This document shows positions 54,362-64,000 of a stretch of 64,000 nt of DNA, one piece after another. Numbering within the stretch: position 1 is the stretch's first letter; every line of letters starts with the position of its first letter. This DNA comes from the human T2T-CHM13v2.0 reference genome, Homo sapiens, in NCBI RefSeq assembly GCF_009914755.1, contig NC_060927.1; one strand, given 5' to 3'. A model generated the notes under the pieces. The model was given only the letters and a program-made list of their open reading frames with translations. It made no database searches and was not told the DNA's origin. The position numbers and the translations under genes are program-made.

Positions 54362-54807
54362 GCTATGTATGGCTGCTCTCTGCATGTCCATAAATTCATT
54401 ACATCAGCTAAACAAATGCATTGACAGCTACCAACTGGCTCCTCAAAGCAATGTATAGAGAAAGCAGCCCAGGGGGGATTGCTCTCCTTTTATAGATGAG
54501 GAAATTGAAGCCCAGATAATTTGAACAAATTGGGCAAGGTGACTGGTGAATCTAGTGAGTGGTGAATGAATCTCATGATAAATGAATCTAGTGAGTGGTG
54601 GATCCAGGTCCACAATTGCAGCATCCTGATTCCCTAGCCAGTGCTCCTCAAGACATTAGGCAAATAAACAAAGGCTGTCTTATAACCCAAATGCCTCATG
54701 ACTTTGTTTGTCAATGTTCCCGAGCTATCTCCTGGAGCCTTTCTGAAATCTGCTCAGGGCCCTTGAGGAGCATTGCAGACTTAATTTAGGCAGACATTTA
54801 GGGAGTA

Positions 54808-55423
54808 TGCTGGATTACCCTGTTGCCAGTTTAGTTAATCTGGGAGCTACGTTCCCCAGACTTTCTTTCCCTGTATAGTTCTAGATTAGAGTTGGCCAAA
54901 AGAGGAATTTGTGCAAGTTTGAAAGGCAATAGTCATTACTCACTGAAGGCTGTTTTGTAATCACATACAGAGAAAGAAATGTGTAGATGTGTCCAATACA
55001 TCCTCACTTGCTCTCACGTTCCTCTACTCTGCACCCGGCTCTTTATAACTACTGGCTCTGATGACCAACAGTGGCCCATGCCTATCATCAGATACTTTCA
55101 GGTGAAACCACAGAGGTGGTAGCTGCTTACAGCCAACAGCTTCTCAGAGACCCTTTTCCATGAGCCTCCCCTTCATTGTTGCACTTTGGCCCCTTAGGTA
55201 GAATTGACTTATCAGATTCCCTTGCAGATGCCAATATTTCCACCCATGCCAGGGCTTTAAGAGAACTGCTTGGTGACCTTTTCTCTAATCCTTTAAATCC
55301 CCATTTCCAACTTTTACTTGCCCAGCTCCTTCTATAATTACATGAGTTCTAATACCCATAAATATTCATTATCTCACATTACTCATAAAGACTTTGCTTT
55401 CCTGATTGAAGTCTGACTGAAAT
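54808..55423 (+). mobile_element. Old ERVL-type LTR (LTR41/LTR52-like)
   Basis: ggagctacgttccccagac...ccctgtatagttctagattagagttggcca; ends cctgattgaagtctgactgaaata. Confidence 0.5.
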
Positions 55424-55631
55424 AGTTATTGATACCAGAAGTAGAATGCTGCAGTAACAAAAAACTAGAATATGTGGCTTCAGTTTTAGGATTGGCTAGC
55501 AAGTAAATTCTAGAAAAACAGTGAAGAGACTGCTATAGGAGTCTAAAACAGACCACTTGAATAATGCAATGGTGAATCAATTGGCAAAACTTGTCTGCGG
55601 CAACTTAGAAGGTAGAAAAATGTATGTAATG

Positions 55632-56040
<409 letters not shown>

Positions 56041-56216
56041 CTAAGGAGATCTCTAGACAGAATGTTGAAAGTGTCAGTGTGTACTTCTGGTTGTGTATGG
56101 CAATGTACTTCAGGAAGAAGTAAGTCTTCAATATGTGAGCAGAACTTAGAGGAAATATAGAGGGCCCAGAACTAGCTGGGTTGGAAAACAGTTTATCCAC
56201 TAGTAAAAGATTTTAA

Positions 56217-56517
<301 letters not shown>

Positions 56518-57641
56518 TTAAAACCAAAAATGGCTTCAGGGTAAATGTCAAATCAATGGTGTGACTGTAAGAATCATTTGTTAAGACCTAGAAGATTTAA
56601 GGCAGTACCCAGTACTCCCTATCAGCCAGACCACAAGGCACCTAAGAATCTTAAGAGCATTATTCTGTAGCACCCTGACATGCCCTTCAAAGTAGGAAGA
56701 CCTATTTTGAAAAGAATTGTGGATATGTTTTTCATCTAGTGGAGTGAACTATATTCTGCTACATTGGAGACCCAAAAAGATTTTAAGGGAGCTATATCCG
56801 CTTGGACTAGAAATGACTGTGGCAATTCAAAATGAAAAGAGGCTCCTGAGCCTCAGGTTTCTATGTACAGAAAGCGAACTGAATAGACTACTCAGCTACA
56901 AACATGGGCCATTTCTTACAGAAAGGAAAGAATGTCTCAGAAGACAAAGCTAAGAAGCCAGAGGCAGAGTCAAGATCAGAGGCAAGAGCCACTCTCACCA
57001 CTCCCAGAGAGCAATGGACTGGGGATCCACTCTCACCCCTCCAAGGAAGCAGAACTGGGCTCTAATCAAGGAACATTCTTGGTATCTGGAGTTGGCAACA
57101 TGTGCCTGGCTAAATTTCAGAATTACTATGGAGCAGTAATTGCTATATGCCTCTCATTTTTTCCATTTTTCAATGGAAATTCTATTGTGGTTATCTTATT
57201 CTTCTCTCACCAAGACAAGGAGATATTGAGCATGTGGAGAGCAAATAACTTTTCTTTTGGGTTCAGAGATCTCTAGATCAAGAAGAGATATACTTCAAGA
57301 GCTATACCTTTGTGTGTCATCTAATTCTAGACATGATTTAGATCATGAGGTCCTGGAGTTCAAGCCTGAACGGCACGGCTAATAGGATAAAACTTTGAGA
57401 GAAGGGGCAAAAGCACATTTCACATATGCAAAGGACAAGAATTATTTTGTCCCTAAGATAGATAATAATACATTGTTTGCAAAAATTATTCACAATACTT
57501 TCTTCCATTTCTGCACACAGATAATTCTGCAATGTAACTTCACTGCTCATTGATTGGCCTAACTTGGTCTGACAACAAGTATACGATGCATTAAAAGCAG
57601 TATACTATTTCCAAATTTAGGCCTCAAGGGACCTTGCAGCT

Positions 57642-58128
57642 ATTAACAAAGATTCTTTGCTTAGCCAAATTTTAGTCAGGCTTCTGAAACGTCTCCTCAA
57701 CTCATCTGTGCACTTCCTTGTAAAACTCAGTTTTAGCAAAATCTTTGCTGAATCAGTGCAGCAAGAACGCCCCATCCCTGAAATCTTTTCACCCTAGAGT
57801 TCCAATTGGGATCTTCATCCTCCACCATCCCCACGGGTGCTGTCTGATCATCTTGGCCTGTCACCAGCAAGAATCCTGTTAGGTCATTTTAGCTAGAACC
57901 CCTCTTACCCCTGATGTTTCCCATTAGTAATTTAACATCCACTGACCACCACCATGCTCCCTGGCTATAAATCCCCACTTGCCCATGCTATACTCAAAAT
58001 AGAGCCCAATCTCTCTCCCTCACTGCAAAAATCCCATGCCGTGGTCCCTATCCTTTTCATCCCTGTCCTGAATAAAGTCTGCCTTACCACACTTTAACAA
58101 GTGTCATTGAATAATTTTTTCTTTAACA
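57642..58128 (+). mobile_element. ERV1 solo LTR (MER31/MER67-like)
   Basis: acaaagattctttgcttagccaaattttagtcaggc...ggctataaatcccc...aataaagtc...tttaaca. Confidence 0.65.
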
Positions 58129-59833
58129 CTTTCACATGTGGAATACTGCCCTGAGGCAACTGTGTGAAGAAGCCCTGTGAGGCCATAGGGCTCAGCGGCC
58201 ACATAGGGCAGAGATGAACCATCTGATTAAAATGTCTAGACCAATTCACTGGCATTCACTATCAGCTACCAGATGAGAAACTAAGGCCAAAGATGACCTT
58301 CAGACATGCCTCTGAACAACTGTAGCTGCATGAAGGACCTCAGGCTAATCCAGCAAAAGGACCATCTCATTGGGCCCAGCTCAAACGCCTGACCACAGAA
58401 TCATAAGCAAACAAAATGGATATTGTTTTAGCTGCTAAGTGTTGGAGTGGTTTATCACACAGCAATAGATAACTTTTATAGCAAGTAAGAAAGTGATTTG
58501 GGACAAAGAATAGGCTCACGTTTGTAAATTGAAATTTGGAGAACCACAATCTCATGGGTTTCTGGGGCCTCAAAAGTCACCTAGTCTAACTTATTATCTT
58601 TTTACCACACCCTTAGCAAATATCATACCACCTTTTCACTATCAGCTGCAGGGATGAGAAACTCAGTATCTTCCAAGATAGATCAGGCTGTTTTGGATTA
58701 TCCTTGACTTTGAAAGTTATCTGTTGGTTCCATATCTGGGAATATAACCTAGGGAAAAATATTCCAAATGTGGAAAAAAACTTTTATAAACAAAGATATT
58801 TATAGCAGTCATATGATATTAGAATATTAGAAATAACTGTAAATATCCTTTTCTAGAGAAATAAGTTAGCATTAACTTCTAAATACAAGGCAGCCATTAA
58901 TTATCACATTAATCGAGGGTTTATAGCAATATGGAAATATTCTTAGGAGGCAATATTAAGTGAAAAAGCAGAAAAAATAGTATATATGGTATAATTATAC
59001 CTATGTTGAAAGTACGCATTGAAAATAAAAAGTAGAAGGAATTAGAGTAACTGTTAGCAATGGTTAGTGGAACTATAGGTAATTTTTCTTTTTCTTCTCT
59101 TTTTACATTTAAAAAGAAACTTGAGCTCAAAGCTGCTTCCCTCTAGCTTCCACCCCATGGTATAAAATTGGTTAATTCCAGTCAACAAACAAGGGGAGCA
59201 CACAGGAAGGGCAACTTAACTAGCCTGGAAGTGCAGGGTCATTCATCTGCTATCACCCTCCTCCCCCCTTGTCTTCCCTTCATCACAGAACATGGCGTGG
59301 GAACTCCTCAGCACTCTGTCACCTCCTCTCATTTCTCTAGCCCTTGGGTCGCAACAGAGTTGAAAAAGAGATCTTTGCTTCATAAACAATAAGGTGAAAA
59401 GTAAAATTCTGAGAAAATATCAAGAAACTCAGAATACCTAAAACTCACATATGGCAGCGTATGGCAGGGAGGGTCTCATGTCAGGGGACAGTTTTTGTGA
59501 CTGTGAAGTCCAAGGAGTGAGTAGGTGGGTGTAAGTGGATGGCTAAGGGGAGAGAGAAGAGTTTCTTAGTCCAGAGTTCATGAAGACCTAAAGGACAGGA
59601 AAGGGAGAGAGACAGAAAAAGAGAAGAAAGACAGATCTTAGATGTTCAAGAAAGGTTGCAATAAGAACATCTGTGCCCTTTGTTGACTTCTCAAGAGTGA
59701 GTCAAATTGTGAATTGTTTTCAATTTGTTAGGTTTTCTGTTTCTTTAGGATGCAACGCCTTACTTATTGGGGCATCTCATTTTTATATGATCTTCTCCAA
59801 TGATTAGATGTTGGAAAAATTACTTAAACTCTC

Positions 59834-60326
59834 TGTACTGTAGGGTGAATTGTGTCCCCCTAGAATACATGTTCAAGTCCTAACCCCTGTTTCTCTGCAT
59901 GTGACCTTATATGGAAACAGGTCTTTGCAGATGTAATCAAGTTAAGATGACACTACAAAGGGTTAGAGTGGACCCTAACCCAATGACTGATATCCTTATA
60001 AGAAGAGGGAAGTTTGGACACAGAGACACACACAGAGGGATGACAGCCATGTGAAGACAGAGGCAGAGATTAGAGTTATGCTGCCACTAGCCAAGGAGTG
60101 CCAAAGACGGCCCGCCTACAACTGCCTATTCTAGAAAGCTAGAATAGGCAAGGAAGGATCCCCCTCTGGAGCCCTCAGAAGGAGCATGGTCCTGCAGACA
60201 CCTTGATTTCAGACTTTTCACCTCCAGAACTGCGTGAGAACAAATTTCTGTTGTTAAGAAATTTAACAACTTAAACAGCCACCTAGTTTGTGGACATTTA
60301 TTACAGAAGTCCTAGGAAACTAATAT
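59834..60326 (+). mobile_element. MLT1 (B/C-like) LTR
   Basis: gaattgtgtcccc...ggtctttgcagatgtaatcaagttaagatg...gacaccttgatttcagactt...ggaaactaata. Confidence 0.8.
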
Positions 60327-61364
60327 TCTCTGTATATAGTTTTTCTCATATGTAAAATAGTGAAAATAATCCTATTTATATTACAGAACTGTTGTAAATA
60401 GGATGGGAGGTGATATACATAAAACACTCAGAAAAGTGCCCGGGATACGTTGAGCACTCAGTACATCAATGAGAAAAACAGGACTGCTGAGATCCATCCA
60501 CCAACTGAGATGACACGTTCTGGCTCCCAGCTAGTGGGGCAAGGGTCACTTCATGCATTTGGAGAATATTAAGAAGCTGAGATTGTCCCTGGATACTATT
60601 TCTCCATTTCACTCCTTTCCTAATCTCGCTGAAGCCATCAGCAGTGGTTTCCCCTTTTGTGAGGACTCACAACCCAGGCTGATAGAGCTGGAAGGGCACC
60701 TAGAGAGACCTCCCAGCCCAGCCTCCTCCTCTGGCAGGTGGCATATTAGCTGTTTGGCTCTTTGCACTTTACAAAGCCTTCTAACAGTCCTGGGGCTGAG
60801 AGACATCAAAAGGGTACTCTTAAGTTATGAAAGACGATCAGAGCAAAGTGAGGGATCTCTAAAGGCTTCTGTCCACAAGAAGATGGCATTAAGTCTAGGA
60901 ATTTCTCTCTTTACTTTGCTGTGCTTCAAAAGATTTTCCTAGATGCGTGAGCCGTAGGCCAATGATTCACCGACAGCCCCGGGCTGACTCCTGCTCATTG
61001 TGCGAGCTCGGTACTCCTGAGCTCACCTTCACGGAAAGTCCATCACTCCCAGCTGCTGGGCCAGTGGTTAATGGCCCAGTCCTGCTACTTCACCAGGTAG
61101 CTTTAATTTCAGTCAGTGATCTGAGTAGAAGCAAGTTAAAGGCACCTGATACCAGATAGAAACTTGGGTCTAGAAACGAAGGAGGCATCTGGTATGTGTT
61201 TGCATGTGTGTGCTGCACTTCAGAAACTCTTGAAAGCCATGTAAAGTAAAAATAACACAGCTGGCAGATCTAAGCTCAAGTTGACTTCAAATGAGAGGTT
61301 CTGGAGGTTGATGCTCCAGTCCTGGCTCAAGTCTTTCGGCCATAAAAAAAGAGTAATAATAATC

Positions 61365-61654
61365 AGCCAGGCACCTTGGCCCATGCCTGTAATCCCTGCA
61401 TTTTGGGAGGCCGAGGTGGGTAAATCATGAAGTCAGGAGTTCAAGACCAGCCTGGCCAACATTGTGAAACCTTGTCTCCACTAAAAACACAAAAATTAGC
61501 CGGGCGTCCTGGCGGGCACCTGTAATCCCAGCTACTCAGGAGGCTGAGGCTCAAGAATCGCTTGAACCCGGGAGGTAGAGGTTCCAGTGAGCAGAGATTG
61601 TGCCATTGCACTCCAGCCTGGGTGACAGAGCGAGACTCCATAAAAAAAAAAAAA
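61365..61654 (+). mobile_element. AluS-type element, intron 2
   Basis: full dimer with polyA. Confidence 0.92.
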
Positions 61655-62931
61655 GTAATAAAAATAATGATGATGATAATAATTCCTTGTTCTATGTGGA
61701 ACTTTCCAGTTGACAGGGCACGTTTACCTTCTCTATTTTATTTGCTCCTAATGGCAGTCATGTAGTGAGTGCACTTCAGGGAGACAGTTCTGAGTCCATG
61801 GAGGTGACATGACTCCCCCAAGTCCACATAGCCTACAAGTAGCAGACCTGAGACAACATCAGGATGTTCTGACATCCAGGTTTGGCTCAATAATTGGAAT
61901 CACACAGCTGATAAGCCACCTGCCAGAGCAAAGGTCAGAGCTGAAAAGAACATGAAAAGACCTCAAGTCTATACCTGGCGGAGGAACAGACTTGTTCAAA
62001 GTCAGTCAATGGCAGAGCCAGTACTGGGGCCTAGGTGCACTGCTCTTTCCAGGATGGTGTTCTTATTTGTTAATTAGGGTGAAAACCTCCTAACAGAGCT
62101 GAGTGAGCCCCTAAGCAGGTATTGTGTACATGCAAATGCTTGGCGCCATAAAGAATGTGGGGGCCTGAGAAACAGCTGGTGGGGGCCAGAGAAACAGCTG
62201 GCAGGTCCTAAGAGTCCAAGAATCCCACTGCTGCCAGGAAGGATTGCCCATTCTCGGGAGGGCTCTGGACAGAAAAGGGCAGCATGAGCAGAGGGAGAAG
62301 AAAGAGCTGGCAGGGGAGGGGTCCTGCCAAGAGCCTGGGAAGCGGGCATCCCGCAGGTGGGAAACCAGCAGTGCCCACCGTCTCAGAGGGAGCTGGGCTT
62401 GGGGGGTGGGGTGGGAGGGAAGAGTCTGGAATTGTGTCTGGGAGGGAGAGCCAGGGAGGATTGGCACTGTTTGGCCTGAGAATGGCTCAGACTCCCCCAC
62501 CTCACCCCTTCTGGGACTCCAGAGCTGAGCTCATTCATATGCAAATCCCTTCAGCAACTTGGAGGCTGGGCCCCAAACAGTTCAGGACGGGAAAATAGCC
62601 TGAGGATGGGAAACACAAAGGGTTGCTGTGTTCTTCTGTGGCAGAAGCTGCGTGGCTCCAGGTGTGTCATAGCCAGGACGTGGGTGAAGGCAGTGATGAG
62701 GCTTGTGCTGAGTGGACAGAAGGGGCCGCCTTGGGCCAGTGTCTTCCAGCAGAGTTTCAAGGATTGTGAGCTGCTGTGTTCCTGTGACACTGCCCAGGAC
62801 CTTGCCCTGACTCAGGCTAAACTTATATCCTCAAATCTTTGCACAGAAATCCTACAAGAGTGCTGGAATAAGGACCAACTGTCATAGCTCTGCCACTCAT
62901 ACCTCAGGGGTCACTTAAACCTCCCCAGGCG

Positions 62932-63175
62932 GTAGGTGTGCTGGAGCCGGCAGCTCACACCAGTTTATAAGAGCCAACTGTCAGCTTTTCAGAGATTTTG
63001 CTACCCTGTTGTTAAATCCAGCCATCATCAAGTTTCATAAACTTAAAATTAAGTACATTCTATTAGAAACCAGTTCTATGAAAACCAGTTCTGTGAAAAC
63101 TCATTACTTCCTAATTATGTGATTGTTCTATGCTCTATGCTCTGCGGGCTCTCTGTGTCTGTGCTATCTGAATGT
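62932..63175 (+). mobile_element. MER63-like hAT-Blackjack element
   Basis: ggtgtgctggagccggc...agagccaactg...ttgttaaatccagcc...aaaactcattacttcctaattat. Confidence 0.65.
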
Positions 63176-63429
63176 CGAATGATAAGCCACTGCGCATCTC
63201 TTTGCCCCCATTCCCTGCCCCCACCCCCCAATCTGGTTGTTAGCACCCATGCCCCTGTCTCCAGGGCACAGTTTTCACAAATGTAAAAAGTGGACATTAA
63301 TACTCTGAGCATCAGGTCAAATGAGATTCGGGGCATGAAAGCAGCTTGTAAAGCCTGCCATTGGCTGGCAGCATTTAACAGGAACCCTGTTTTCCAGTCT
63401 CCCATCCCGCCCCCCATCTGTACCTCTCA

Positions 63430-63872
63430 GTCTTCATTCATGTTCCTGCCCTCCAGCCACACTGCCATCCTTGCTATTCTTCAAACACACCAGGCACTTT
63501 CCACCTGAGGGCACTGAATGTTCCCTCTGGTTAAAGTGCCCCCCCAGGGTAGCCCCCCCAACAAGAAAGCCACATGGCTAACCTTCTTACCTGCTTCAAG
63601 TGTTTGCTCAAATGTCACTCTCTCAATGAGCACCATATTTAAATCAGAGCCCCCATCTCAACTCATGCAGAGCCCTGCTCTATTTTATTTTTGTCCATAA
63701 ACTTATTACTTAGTACATAATTTAGTTATGTATTATGTTTAGTGTTTATTGTCTGTTTATCCCAGTGCAATGTAAGCCTCACTTCAGAGATTTCTATCTG
63801 TTCTAATTACTGCTGTACCCTAAGCTCTAATAAATTGTAGGCACTGGATGAATATTTGTTGAATAAATGAAT
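63430..63872 (+). mobile_element. L2 3' end
   Basis: ctccagccacactgccatccttgctattcttcaaacacaccagg...tgctcaaatgtcac...atatttgttgaataaatgaat. Confidence 0.7.
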
Positions 63873-64000
63873 ACCTCTTCGTCCCTTAACTTTTCCCTTT
63901 ATAAGCACATCGAAGTAAAGTCAGGCACTGCTCTTCACCAAGGTGTTTTCAACAGCAACCTGTAATATACTCAAGCACAGAGATATGCACCCCATGTGCA

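Overview
Human (primate) genomic DNA covering the 3' ~60 kb of the MASP1 gene on the minus strand. It contains exons 3-18; exons 1-2 lie beyond the right edge. All 16 exons were mapped by hand with GT/AG boundaries and consistent phases. Shared heavy-chain exons encode CUB1-EGF-CUB2-CCP1-CCP2, and three alternative 3' ends follow: MAp44/MAP-1 (exon 9), MASP-3 (intronless protease exon 12) and MASP-1 (split protease exons 13-18). The rest is intron/UTR with Alu, L1, L2, MIR, LTR and DNA-transposon remnants. The gene itself is well known. The less expected observations are: (i) a 228-bp, ~89% identical, stop-riddled copy of part of the MASP-3 exon just past the MASP-3 polyA signal, preceded by an in-frame cryptic acceptor; (ii) Met instead of the usual Arg at MASP-3 codon 576; (iii) a ~170-bp duplication bracketing the MAp44 exon; (iv) a distant-branch-point, CU/UGCU-rich MAp44 acceptor; (v) a near-consensus AluYa5 with target-site duplication. 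Repeat subfamily names and reference protein comparisons come from memory, not from a database search.
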